Virus record (IMG/VR): IMGVR_UViG_3300025684_000010
Origin: a virus
Strand: one strand, 5' to 3'
DNA: 64,000 nucleotides
The notes under the pieces are model-generated. The model saw nothing but the letters and a program-made list of their open reading frames with translations, had not been told where the DNA came from and did not search any database. Positions 18,450-27,208 of this stretch are shown one piece after another (position 1 is the stretch's first letter; every line of letters starts with the position of its first letter). The translations under genes and the position numbers were made by a program.

Positions 18450-18478
18450 ATTATAACAGGTTTCACTGTGAATGTCAA
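18450..18478 (-). promoter_or_regulatory. Sigma70-consensus promoter of uvsY
   Basis: TTGACA-N17-TATAAT. Confidence 0.8.
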
Positions 18479-18481
18479 TGG

Positions 18482-19093
18482 TTATTTACACAAAGGACTT
18501 TGTAAGATTGAGTTCTCTTCTCCAACTCCACGTCTTGCTACTGTATAACCAAGATCACAGTATTTACGAATCGTATCGTCTACCGTTTCTTTTGGTGTTA
18601 AGATGTTTGTTTCAAATTCAATCCATGAAGGCCAACGTTCTTTTTCATTAGATTCAAGAAAAGGAAGAAACGAATTTAATATAAAACAATCTCCGCCTTC
18701 TGTATCAATTTTTAATATAGTAAGTGTATCAACATTATGCTGTTCAAAGATGTCACCTAAAGGTATCGTATCAACATCAATTGTTTCTACAACTGATTGA
18801 AGATTATTCTTTTTGTGTTGATAGTGATAGTCACCTATTGAATTACAGCCGCGAATCCAAAGAGGCATGTTGTGTTTCTGAATTGTCTCAAGAGGAATAT
18901 AATAAACTTTATCACGACCTACTTTTCCATCAAAAGAAATCGCAGAATTGATTTTCTTAACGTTTGGTTTGTTTGGTAGTCGATCTAAATAGAACTTGAT
19001 TGGTTCAATGCACAGACCAATACATTGATCGGTTGCGTCTTGTATAAGGGTATCAAAATCAGATGTACCCACTTCAATAAAATCATAATTCAT
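18482..19093 (-). CDS. FkbM-family methyltransferase-like protein
   Basis: FIEVGTSD, GLCIEP, LKIDTEGGD. Confidence 0.75.
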   Translation of the reverse strand: MNYDFIEVGTSDFDTLIQDATDQCIGLCIEPIKFYLDRLPNKPNVKKINSAISFDGKVGRDKVYYIPLETIQKHNMPLWIRGCNSIGDYHYQHKKNNLQSVVETIDVDTIPLGDIFEQHNVDTLTILKIDTEGGDCFILNSFLPFLESNEKERWPSWIEFETNILTPKETVDDTIRKYCDLGYTVARRGVGEENSILQSPLCK

Positions 19094-19108
19094 AATAAAA
19101 GGTTTATC

Positions 19109-19597
19109 TTATAGTTGTTCCATCGTAAAGGTATCGTATCTCCAGGTAACTGTCGTTGTTGCATATGCTACATCAGTAACATTAACATCAAGAGAAACAC
19201 CACCCAAAGAGGTTGGGAAGCAATTCTTAAATACGAATCTTATGTTTGGATTTTTGTGAGAGTTGGTAATGGTCGCAATGATATCGGACTCATGACCAGT
19301 TGCGGTGTATATTTTGTTTTGTTTCGAGGATTCTGGGGAAGCATAGCCTTCTATCCAATTGAGAATTTCTTTATAGTTATTCATATTCTCATCGAGGATC
19401 ATGGTAGTCGTCAACTCAGCGTACTCAATACGATCCCCGTATTCGTATATGTTTGCTAAAGGAGTACCTAACGTTGTAGGAGTTACAGTGACATCTGGAA
19501 TTTGCAGCTTCTGTGTAAAGAATTCTACATTAGGGAGTTTCTCTATACTAATCGTAAAATTAGTTGGAGATAAGTAATTGTTAATAATTTCTGGCAT
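19109..19597 (-). CDS. 3: Tail completion/sheath stabilizer gp3
   Basis: NYLSPTNF, PNVEFFTQ, YKEILNWI, VFKNCFPTSLG; AATAAATA late-like box upstream. Confidence 0.85.
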   Translation of the reverse strand: MPEIINNYLSPTNFTISIEKLPNVEFFTQKLQIPDVTVTPTTLGTPLANIYEYGDRIEYAELTTTMILDENMNNYKEILNWIEGYASPESSKQNKIYTATGHESDIIATITNSHKNPNIRFVFKNCFPTSLGGVSLDVNVTDVAYATTTVTWRYDTFTMEQL

Positions 19598-19649
19598 CGG
19601 CTCAATCCTATTTGTATATTTCTATTTATTAGAATTGAGTCGGCAAGAA

Positions 19650-20378
19650 TTATTCGTTGGTGATGTATACCATGAATGCACAACACTGATCCCAATTACC
19701 TTCGTTTAACCATCGGTCATTGTAGGCTAAGGCTTCGTGTTTCTTATCCATCCATCGTACTTTTTTGAATTGCGGCAATAACGTATCTCTGACCTTCATC
19801 CATTGTTTTGCAGCTCCACCATAACAGCTTAAGTGAAACTCTACTGCCATGTGTTTAACATTTGTAGTTAGATATTCCATATTGATTTCAGTGAATACAC
19901 CGTACTCTCCACCTTCACAATCTATTTTGAGGTAATCAATTTTTGGTATATTATAATCAACCACAAGATCGAGAAAAGACATTCTTTTAAACTCTCGATA
20001 TTCTGAAAAGACATTATTAAAATGGTTTGACGTTGATCCTATGCCTGCTTCGATAGGAATGACAGGAGTAGTACTATTGTCAATATAATGATCCGAAATA
20101 TTTTGGATAAGAGTTTTGAGATGAGGCCTAGAAGGTTCGATAGCAAATATACGAGAAGCTTTACGGTCAAGAGCATGACAGACAAAGAAACCAACACAGG
20201 CACCAATATCAACAACCACATCACCTTCTTCAACATCTCTCCACCACTTGTAATCCATTCTGTGAAAGAATTCAATAAATTGCGCGTTAACATCTGGTAG
20301 AGGTAACCCGTCCGTTTTTAAATTCAAATTAAGATACTTGTTAGTATCCATTCTTTCGTAATCTTCTTTTCTACTCAT
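19650..20378 (-). CDS. FkbM-family methyltransferase
   Basis: VVDIGACVG, FAIEP, YLKIDCEGGE, AVEFH. Start moved to MSRKED. Confidence 0.82.
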   Translation of the reverse strand: MSRKEDYERMDTNKYLNLNLKTDGLPLPDVNAQFIEFFHRMDYKWWRDVEEGDVVVDIGACVGFFVCHALDRKASRIFAIEPSRPHLKTLIQNISDHYIDNSTTPVIPIEAGIGSTSNHFNNVFSEYREFKRMSFLDLVVDYNIPKIDYLKIDCEGGEYGVFTEINMEYLTTNVKHMAVEFHLSCYGGAAKQWMKVRDTLLPQFKKVRWMDKKHEALAYNDRWLNEGNWDQCCAFMVYITNE

Positions 20379-20539
20379 CACCAATGCCTTATTGTATTTG
20401 CCATAATAAAGAAACACGTTAAAAAGTTTACACCAACAATAATCGTTCGTAGCAACATAACATAATCGTCATAGGGCTCTGTCTTATCGTCAGAGAAACC
20501 ACCTAATGCGTATTTCCATATCAATTTAAGTTTATTCAT
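20378..20539 (-). CDS. 53-aa membrane peptide (MNKLKLIWKYALGGFSDDKTEPYDD...)
   Basis: Manual translation; TGATG coupling to the FkbM gene. Confidence 0.6.
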   Translation of the reverse strand: MNKLKLIWKYALGGFSDDKTEPYDDYVMLLRTIIVGVNFLTCFFIMANTIRHW

Positions 20540-20697
20540 TATTATTTATTCCTGCGCGAAATATTTTGAATTAGGCTTAGGATCCGCTCCATTATCAGAT
20601 CGTCAAGCATATTGTAATCGGCAACCCTGAGAGCCTCGCATAGAAGGAAGCTCGAAAGGACAGTCGAGATTTAGATAGACCGTGGTGTGATTGTACC

Positions 20698-20757
20698 ACG
20701 GGTAGTTTAAGAGTGTAACAAGCAGCAACGGGTAGTTTAAGAGTGTAACAAGCAGCA
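20698..20757. repeat. Exact 30-bp tandem duplication (2 copies)
   Basis: ACGGGTAGTTTAAGAGTGTAACAAGCAGCA at 20698-20727 and 20728-20757. Confidence 0.95.
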
Positions 20758-20767
20758 TTAGCATTAC

Positions 20768-21052
20768 TTATTCCTTATGTTCGGATGCGTAATCTTCAAG
20801 CATGTTCCGTGCATACTTTGCCATCTGCTCGAGTTTAATAACTAAAAGTTCTGCATCAGGAATATCTATAGGTCGAATCATATCACCTATTGTATAACCT
20901 TCAAAATAGTTCTCAATCAATGTTTCAAAATCGAAGATTGTTTCAATAGAAGGTTCACATGCGTTTGCACCAATATAGATAGAAACTTCAACGCCTCTCT
21001 CATCTATGTGTGCTGATGTATCAATTTCTAATTGAGTAGTATTACTTGCCAT
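20768..21052 (-). CDS. Hypothetical protein
   Basis: ORF coupled to gene 52. Confidence 0.55.
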   Translation of the reverse strand: MASNTTQLEIDTSAHIDERGVEVSIYIGANACEPSIETIFDFETLIENYFEGYTIGDMIRPIDIPDAELLVIKLEQMAKYARNMLEDYASEHKE

Positions 21053-22395
21053 TATATGTTCTCCAAGTCTGCTATGAATTGTTCTTGTGGTGAGGTTGTA
21101 TGCCAGAAGCTTAATGTCTCAGTAGCGTCAGCAATCTGTTTCTTAAGGTTTACAATTTCCTCTTTTGTACAATTTAAGAAACTTAATGCGAGCAATCGGT
21201 TTGTGTCACCTCCTAGTGCCGATGTCTCTTGCATTATTTGTTTAACGACCTGTGCTTTATTATTATTCTTAAACACAATACGATCGTCAACATTTGCTTG
21301 AACGAACTCCATTTTGACATTAAGCCATCGAACTTGTTCTGTGAATTCATTTACTCTAGCGTCAATTCTCTGCTGTAGGATACCATTGCGGTAGTCACAA
21401 AAGTCCTTTACAAGTTGTTTAGCGGACGAGTATTCGCGGAGTTTACCATCAAAATCAATAACTGTTAGGTTTTGAGAGAATGGCTTACTTAGCTTGAATT
21501 TGGCAATGAGTTTAGAATCGTTCCATTTAACCGAAGATTGTTTGAGTTTAACATCAAAGTGAAACCCATCTTTATTACATTTGTCTTCGTAAGATACGAT
21601 ATCACCTTCTTCTTCTAACTTATCGAGAACCTTTACATATCCTTCTCGGTCAAAGCCGTATGGTACTTCCGTAATAGATACCGCAGTTTTACCAGAACGT
21701 TTAAAGGTACCATACGAAATATATTTAGTCGGGTCTTCTTCACTCTGTTCAACCTTACCAGTATAATCAGGAAACTTAATTCCTAATGGTGTTTGTATTT
21801 TACCATTCTTAATGTATTGTAAACAAGCCTTCTTGAGATCATTAGGGTTATGTGGAAGGATGTTTGTCGCGAATCCTGTAGCAATACCTTTGGTTCCATT
21901 TACAAGTACCATAGGGATGATTGGCAAATAGAACGCAGGCGGTTCGTGTTCAGGATCTTCGTGAATAGGACTCAGATCAATATCTTTAACGTACTTACTG
22001 AAATTATCGTGAACTCTTGAGTAGACATAACGAGCAGCACCAGCTTCTTGAACAAGTCGAGTACCAAATGATCCTCTACCTTCAATAAGACATATGTTGT
22101 TATTCCAAGTGGCTGCCATTAATTGACCTGCACCAGCAGCAGAAGATTCTCCGTGGTTATAACCGTAGTCAGAAATAATACCAGAAACTGCAGATACCTT
22201 TTTAAAATCCTTCTTGCTATTAATTAATGAGGAATAGAGATAGAACCTTTGAACTGGTTTTAGACCATCAATCATATTAGGAATTGCTCGACTCTCAACG
22301 GTATACATTGCGAATGATTTCCATTCGTTAGCAGCTACCTTTGAGATTGGATAGTTATTGCCTTTCAGCTCTTCAGTAAACATTTCTAAATTCAT
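21052..22395 (-). CDS. 52: DNA topoisomerase II medium subunit (GyrA/ParC-like)
   Basis: RAIPNMIDGLKPVQR, YNHGE, GAARY catalytic Tyr, GIATGFAT. Confidence 0.93.
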   Translation of the reverse strand: MNLEMFTEELKGNNYPISKVAANEWKSFAMYTVESRAIPNMIDGLKPVQRFYLYSSLINSKKDFKKVSAVSGIISDYGYNHGESSAAGAGQLMAATWNNNICLIEGRGSFGTRLVQEAGAARYVYSRVHDNFSKYVKDIDLSPIHEDPEHEPPAFYLPIIPMVLVNGTKGIATGFATNILPHNPNDLKKACLQYIKNGKIQTPLGIKFPDYTGKVEQSEEDPTKYISYGTFKRSGKTAVSITEVPYGFDREGYVKVLDKLEEEGDIVSYEDKCNKDGFHFDVKLKQSSVKWNDSKLIAKFKLSKPFSQNLTVIDFDGKLREYSSAKQLVKDFCDYRNGILQQRIDARVNEFTEQVRWLNVKMEFVQANVDDRIVFKNNNKAQVVKQIMQETSALGGDTNRLLALSFLNCTKEEIVNLKKQIADATETLSFWHTTSPQEQFIADLENI

Positions 22396-24233
22396 GCGAA
22401 CATATACTCCTTTCTTAAACTTGAATCTTTTCCGAACATCATCTGAAATACAGAAGCATCATCAACTGTAACAGTGTCATACATTGGTTTATTAATAATG
22501 ACATGATATTCATCTTCGGTTAAAGAACCTAGACCTTTAATGTATCTATGTTTATAACCATCTTTCTTTTTGAACTCTGCTGCATCTTCATAAGTATAGA
22601 TCCATTTGACTTCAGAACCTTTCGTACTAATCATAATTGGTGTTCTTGTAATTTGAACACGATTCTCTAATAACAGTCGAGGCCAAAATTTGTAAAAGAA
22701 TGCAATTAGCAATGGTGATATATGTCCTATACCGTCATGGTCAGCATCAGTTAATGTGGCAATATATTTGTATGTCATATTGTCTACACTGTCCTGATCG
22801 TTAATATCCAATCCTAGAACCGCTACTAATTCTGATAGTTCCTTGTTCTTTAATACTTCCGCAGGTTTCATATCCCAGGTATTCATAATCACACCTCGAA
22901 GTGGAAACGCTCCAACTGTATCAGGATCACGTACCTTTAATAAGAATCCCATTGCAGAATCTCCTTCCACAATTTTCAGAGTAGCATTGTCTTTATTAGC
23001 AGAGATATGTTTCGCAACTTTTACCTTACGAAGTTTCTTTTGTGCTAATGTTGCAGCTCTTCGATCCGCGGCTAGCTTCTTTGCTAGTTGAGCTTCAATA
23101 ATGGGATCAATTATATCAGGAGTATTTAATATCTTGTTCGCAAGCCACTCAGCATCACGTACCTGACAGATATCTAGGTGTTCCTTAATATTACCAATTG
23201 GATTAGTTAGACGTTCTTTTGTTTGAGAATCAAATTTAGGATTCACAAAGTTCCTGGCAAACATAACGAATGTAATACCACTCTTGATCGTTGTCTTTAA
23301 TACTTCGACCTTATGACGTCTTTTAATTTTGACAGTTAACGAATCAATAATAGTATTCATAAAGTGGTCAACATAAGTACCACCCTGTCTTGTATTCACA
23401 CCGTTAACATAACTGTTAGTTCTGAACCCATCTTCCGAAGAAGCAATGAAGTAGGAAAGATTATTTGTCTTTTCCATAATTACCGTATCAGAGAACAGAG
23501 CAGCGTACTTTTTAAAATCGTTAACCATGATCTTCTTTTTATTAAAGGAAAACTGAATCTCAGGAAATGCCATCTGCAAACTGACGAGTCGATCTTCTAT
23601 TAATATAATTGTATCAAGTTGGTCCAATGAGTTAACTTCAAACAACTCAAAGTCAGGAACAAATGATACCTCAGTACCGTTTCCTACTTTACTGCCTGCC
23701 TTTACTTTCACGGTATCAGCACCATCTGTACAGTCAAGTTGAATTGACTTTCCGTTAGACCATGTTTTACCAGTGAATGATTTAGATAGGAAGTTGGTTG
23801 CAGCTGAACCGACACCGTTAGTACCGATCGTTACTCGTTCGTCATCAAACGAAGTACCTGCATTAACCTTAGTCCATGCCGCGACAGGTCTCAGAATATT
23901 TTCATTTGTTGTTTCGTCAAAGATCTTGTCTTGAGGAATACCTCGACCATTATCAGTGACGGTAACTTCGTTGTTATTAATAGATACATTAATCTTGTTA
24001 GCAAACTTGAAGTTAGTACGGATTGCTTCATCAATTGAGTTGTCGAGTATTTCGTCAACCATTTTTGATAGTGCAGGTACGTATGTGGCCTTCTTCCATT
24101 CTCCAAGGATAAATCTTTCGATCTCCTCTTTTGAACTTGAACCCATGTACATACCGATCCTCTCTCGAACGTGCTGTCGAGCTGTGAGGATTCTGAACTG
24201 TTCGTTTTGTTTAGTCAAATCATTATTCTCCAT
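22392..24233 (-). CDS. 39: DNA topoisomerase II large subunit (gp39+60, GyrB-like)
   Basis: EILDNSIDE, DNGRGIP, GTNGVG, EGDSA, FPLRG, DADHDG, KGLGS. Start uncertain (24233 or TTG at 24218) because the track start overlaps the promoter. Confidence 0.93.
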   Translation of the reverse strand: MENNDLTKQNEQFRILTARQHVRERIGMYMGSSSKEEIERFILGEWKKATYVPALSKMVDEILDNSIDEAIRTNFKFANKINVSINNNEVTVTDNGRGIPQDKIFDETTNENILRPVAAWTKVNAGTSFDDERVTIGTNGVGSAATNFLSKSFTGKTWSNGKSIQLDCTDGADTVKVKAGSKVGNGTEVSFVPDFELFEVNSLDQLDTIILIEDRLVSLQMAFPEIQFSFNKKKIMVNDFKKYAALFSDTVIMEKTNNLSYFIASSEDGFRTNSYVNGVNTRQGGTYVDHFMNTIIDSLTVKIKRRHKVEVLKTTIKSGITFVMFARNFVNPKFDSQTKERLTNPIGNIKEHLDICQVRDAEWLANKILNTPDIIDPIIEAQLAKKLAADRRAATLAQKKLRKVKVAKHISANKDNATLKIVEGDSAMGFLLKVRDPDTVGAFPLRGVIMNTWDMKPAEVLKNKELSELVAVLGLDINDQDSVDNMTYKYIATLTDADHDGIGHISPLLIAFFYKFWPRLLLENRVQITRTPIMISTKGSEVKWIYTYEDAAEFKKKDGYKHRYIKGLGSLTEDEYHVIINKPMYDTVTVDDASVFQMMFGKDSSLRKEYMFA

Positions 24234-24243
24234 ATCAACCACC

Positions 24244-24380
24244 ATTATAACACAGTTTGCTATCGATGTCAATAGTTATTTAAATTAACTTCAAGGCTAC
24301 ATCCTTCCGAATCATGCTTTACAACCTTCTCAGTCAATTCGTTATGATACCATTATACAATAGTTCTTTATGAATGTCAA
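24244..24380 (-). promoter_or_regulatory. Two tandem leftward sigma70 promoters (24244-24272, 24352-24380)
   Basis: Both are TTGACA-N17-TATAAT. Confidence 0.8.
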
Positions 24381-24538
24381 CCATTATTTTCGTGGTACCT
24401 CAACTATCTATATATTGTATAAGGAGTCGTTTCCTGAAAATAATTTCAGAAAACCATTGACATATGCAGTCGAGCTGTTTATAATAGATATATCATCTCT
24501 AATACCACAATAGAGTTTAACATAAAAAGGAGTACATT

Positions 24539-24730
24539 ATGGGATTAACACATGAACAGATAACATTGCTTGCGAAGCAATCCACCGTAGGTGGCAAACA
24601 AAGGTATACTGAATCACAAATCAGGGATATGGTCGGAGCACCATCAATTGAGGAAGATCAGATCTGCGGTTGCGGAGACAACATCAATAATTGTCCTGAA
24701 GCCTACGAACACATGACTCACGGAGTCTAA
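24539..24730 (+). CDS. Small early hypothetical protein (CGCG...C...H motif)
   Basis: AGGAG RBS; directly after a promoter. Confidence 0.65.
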   Translation: MGLTHEQITLLAKQSTVGGKQRYTESQIRDMVGAPSIEEDQICGCGDNINNCPEAYEHMTHGV

Positions 24731-24839
24731 TATTCAGTTTGGTTATAACCATATAACTAAATGATCTAAATAAACCATTGACATTTGTTATGAAACCGTT
24801 TATAATAACTATATTAAATAATTGAAAAGGAATAGGAAC

Positions 24840-24938
24840 ATGGTTGAAGTATTGGTTAGAATTACAGTCGCAATCGCATCCTTTATTATTATTGCTGCAA
24901 TTGCAGTGACGGTTTCAACATTTATCATAACTTTATGA
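24840..24938 (+). CDS. 32-aa hydrophobic membrane peptide
   Basis: Manual translation MVEVLVRITVAIASFIIIAAIAVTVSTFIITL; AGGA RBS after a promoter. Confidence 0.5.
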   Translation: MVEVLVRITVAIASFIIIAAIAVTVSTFIITL

Positions 24939-25005
24939 AAATAAATGAAAATAACTATTGACATCGTAAGGAAACTGTGTTATAATTGTTGTATAAATTA
25001 AATCA

Positions 25006-25368
25006 ATGGGAGTTGTTATGAATTTAGAAAACTATAAAATCAAACCACGGTCGGAGTTCGTTTCGACTAGTCTTCAAGGCTATATCACGTGTTCTTACGC
25101 AGAACTGGTTAAAGTCTTCGGCGAACCAACATGTACAGAAACCTCAGGTGACGGCAAAGTCGACATCGAGTGGGAAATGCAAGTTGAGGATTTCGATCAC
25201 AATGCAATCCGTCCTTTTACCATTTATAATTGGAAAGACTATGACGGAGGATTTGATGCAAGATCCAATCCTATTTACAGATGGCATATTGGTGGTACCT
25301 CTGGTATCGTCTCTGCTTATGTAACTGAATACTTTAATAATACATTAAATTACTCGGAGGCGGTGTAA
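25006..25368 (+). CDS. Early hypothetical protein
   Basis: ORF after a promoter (FGEP...DGKVDIEW...TIYNWK...WHIGG). Confidence 0.65.
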   Translation: MGVVMNLENYKIKPRSEFVSTSLQGYITCSYAELVKVFGEPTCTETSGDGKVDIEWEMQVEDFDHNAIRPFTIYNWKDYDGGFDARSNPIYRWHIGGTSGIVSAYVTEYFNNTLNYSEAV

Positions 25369-25607
25369 TGAAAAAGTTAAGTTCTTACGAAGTGATCATG
25401 CGTGAATTGACCAAAATGAAAAAGAAGTACGAAAAGGAAGAAGCTAACAAAGAACGCAGAGAAGCAGCAAAGAATGAACGTGCTGCCAACAAGTTAGCCA
25501 AGATGAAAGATTTTGCGTTGTATTCAGATGATAAGTTTGATGCAACCACGGAGTTAAATTTGACTCCTAGTTATGATGAGGGTAGTTTTGATTCCACATG
25601 GAATTAG
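25368..25607 (+). CDS. Hypothetical protein
   Basis: Coupled ORF. Confidence 0.55.
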   Translation: MKKLSSYEVIMRELTKMKKKYEKEEANKERREAAKNERAANKLAKMKDFALYSDDKFDATTELNLTPSYDEGSFDSTWN

Positions 25608-25747
25608 CAATCCTCTTCTACTTATTTTTAATGGTTGTGATATTTTTCGCGGCTATTAAAATTTTGTTAGGAACATTGGAATTTGTTTGGAACAACGTTT
25701 GGTTGTTATTGATTCTAATGTGTATCGTTTTTGTCGCAGTAATATAG
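25598..25747 (+). CDS. 49-aa two-TM membrane peptide
   Basis: Manual translation MELAILFYLFLMVVIFF... Confidence 0.5.
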   Translation: MELAILFYLFLMVVIFFAAIKILLGTLEFVWNNVWLLLILMCIVFVAVI

Positions 25748-25757
25748 GTATATTAAT

Positions 25758-26183
25758 ATGACAACGTTTTTCTCGGGTCCACGTGACGGACAATTAGACA
25801 AGAATCTACAGGCCGCGGCACTGATGGCAGTTAACTTCTTTAGTAAGAAACTGAATATCCATCGACTCCGTACCAACATTCATGTCAAGTTCCATCATAA
25901 TCTATACGTAGACAACTCCCACAGTGAAGGACTTTGCGAGTCCGTGGATCCGAGATCTTTTATTATAGACATCGCGTTGTATGGGAATTGGATGTCGACC
26001 TTGGCTCATGAGTTAGTTCATGTGAAACAGTTTGCTCGAGGTGAACTTAGTGATAACTTACAATATTGGAAAGGTAAAGATTGTTCCGATACAGATTATT
26101 GGAAACAGCCATGGGAGAAAGAAGCTCGAAGGTTACAGAAGAAACTCATGAATGATTATATGAATCAATTTGAGCAAGGTTAA
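25758..26183 (+). CDS. HExxH zinc metallopeptidase-like protein
   Basis: LAHELVHVKQ...PWEKEA. Confidence 0.7.
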   Translation: MTTFFSGPRDGQLDKNLQAAALMAVNFFSKKLNIHRLRTNIHVKFHHNLYVDNSHSEGLCESVDPRSFIIDIALYGNWMSTLAHELVHVKQFARGELSDNLQYWKGKDCSDTDYWKQPWEKEARRLQKKLMNDYMNQFEQG

Positions 26184-26197
26184 GTATATCTGATAAT

Positions 26198-26274
26198 GCG
26201 CTTGTAGCTCAGCTGGATAGAGCATCGGTCTTCTAAACCGAGGGTCGCAGGTTCGAATCCTGCCAGGCGCGCCA
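26198..26274 (+). tRNA. tRNA-Arg(UCU)
   Basis: Acceptor GCGCTTG/CAGGCGC, D-loop AGCTGGATAG, anticodon stem TCGGT-CT TCT AA-ACCGA, GTTCGAATC, encoded CCA. Confidence 0.95.
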
Positions 26275-26306
26275 GATATAAATAGCTTTACGGATGGAGA
26301 ACTGAT

Positions 26307-26483
26307 ATGAAGAAAGAAAGAATACCGTTAAAAGGTGGAGATGAATTTGATGCCTTTACCATGCGAAAATGGTACATATATCTAACTCGTTCAGGTGTTG
26401 CGAAGTCAATTAAGAAAAAGTATAACAAAAGGTTTAGGAGAAATGGAAAAGATAAAGTCAAATCCAGTTGCGAAGAACTGTAA
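26307..26483 (+). CDS. 58-aa basic protein (MKKERIPLKGGDEFDAFT...)
   Basis: Manual translation; GGAG RBS. Confidence 0.6.
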   Translation: MKKERIPLKGGDEFDAFTMRKWYIYLTRSGVAKSIKKKYNKRFRRNGKDKVKSSCEEL

Positions 26484-26571
26484 CAAGTTCAATAAACCAG
26501 CCACGCATGTGGACCGTAAGAAAGCGGCAGCACGTGGATACGACAAATATAAACGTTGCATTGAGGAATGA
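26443..26571 (+). CDS. 42-aa basic protein (MEKIKSNPVAKNCNKFNKPATHVDRKK...)
   Basis: Manual translation; AGGAG RBS. Confidence 0.55.
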   Translation: MEKIKSNPVAKNCNKFNKPATHVDRKKAAARGYDKYKRCIEE

Positions 26572-26807
26572 TAATGGATATTCAAGAATTTTTTAAATTG
26601 TTAGAAAACCATGATTGGTACTATCAATATTCAGATGATCATCGAGCCTGGACCAAAGGTCGTAACGAAGGTCAGAGACTTCAGTCAATCATTCAAGAAG
26701 TTCCTTTATATACTACAATGTATTTGGCAATGAGTGATTATATGTTTAAGCCTTTGGAAGAAAGAAAAGATTTAGTGAAACCAAAATTGGAAGACTATCT
26801 CAATTAA
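26568..26807 (+). CDS. Hypothetical protein (HDWYYQYSDDH motif)
   Basis: ORF track. Confidence 0.6.
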   Translation: MIMDIQEFFKLLENHDWYYQYSDDHRAWTKGRNEGQRLQSIIQEVPLYTTMYLAMSDYMFKPLEERKDLVKPKLEDYLN

Positions 26808-26812
26808 TAAGT

Positions 26813-27208
26813 ATGAGTGATTTGGCAAAAGAAATAAAGCAGGAGATCAAGGAACAGTACAAAGATAGTGCTATGTCTAAAACTGGTCGTCTTGCGATGG
26901 AGCTGTCTGCAGAGAAGGCTCGATTAAGACAAGAGATGGCAGAGCTTCAAGTACAGGTAGAAGACTTAACACCGGTTACTCCTGAAGGTACACTTGATAG
27001 TTACGTTAAATGGGGAGCAACGATACTTGCGGTGTTTGGAGTATTTACTCAAAGCGCAGGTTTTATTTTTATGGGTAAAATTGCATATGCTTTAAGTTCT
27101 ATTGCATGGACTTATGTAGGACATTGTTGGAATGACAAAGCAATTATGATCGGTAGTGCAATTACAGGAACTGCCGTTCTATTAAATTTAACGGAATATA
27201 TTAGATGA
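26813..27208 (+). CDS. Coiled-coil plus membrane protein
   Basis: N-terminal coiled coil and C-terminal hydrophobic helices. Confidence 0.6.
   Translation: MSDLAKEIKQEIKEQYKDSAMSKTGRLAMELSAEKARLRQEMAELQVQVEDLTPVTPEGTLDSYVKWGATILAVFGVFTQSAGFIFMGKIAYALSSIAWTYVGHCWNDKAIMIGSAITGTAVLLNLTEYIR

Larger units (their letters stand above)
24457..24986 (+). promoter_or_regulatory. Three rightward sigma70 promoters (24457-24485, 24778-24806, 24958-24986)
   Basis: All are TTGACA-N17-TATAAT, each in front of a small ORF. Confidence 0.8.

Noticed and set aside
20590-20680. SAM-I riboswitch resemblance (TTATC...CGGCAACC...GATAG) near a methyltransferase
   Set aside because: It is on the strand opposite the FkbM gene and lacks the AGAG and GGTGC core elements; kept only as a generic structured region.
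20698-20757. Possible mini-CRISPR array
   Set aside because: The two 30-bp copies are directly adjacent with no spacer, and no cas genes are present.
24290-24340. 11-codon ORF (MIRKDVALKLI) between the two leftward promoters
   Set aside because: Too short to support without translation data.
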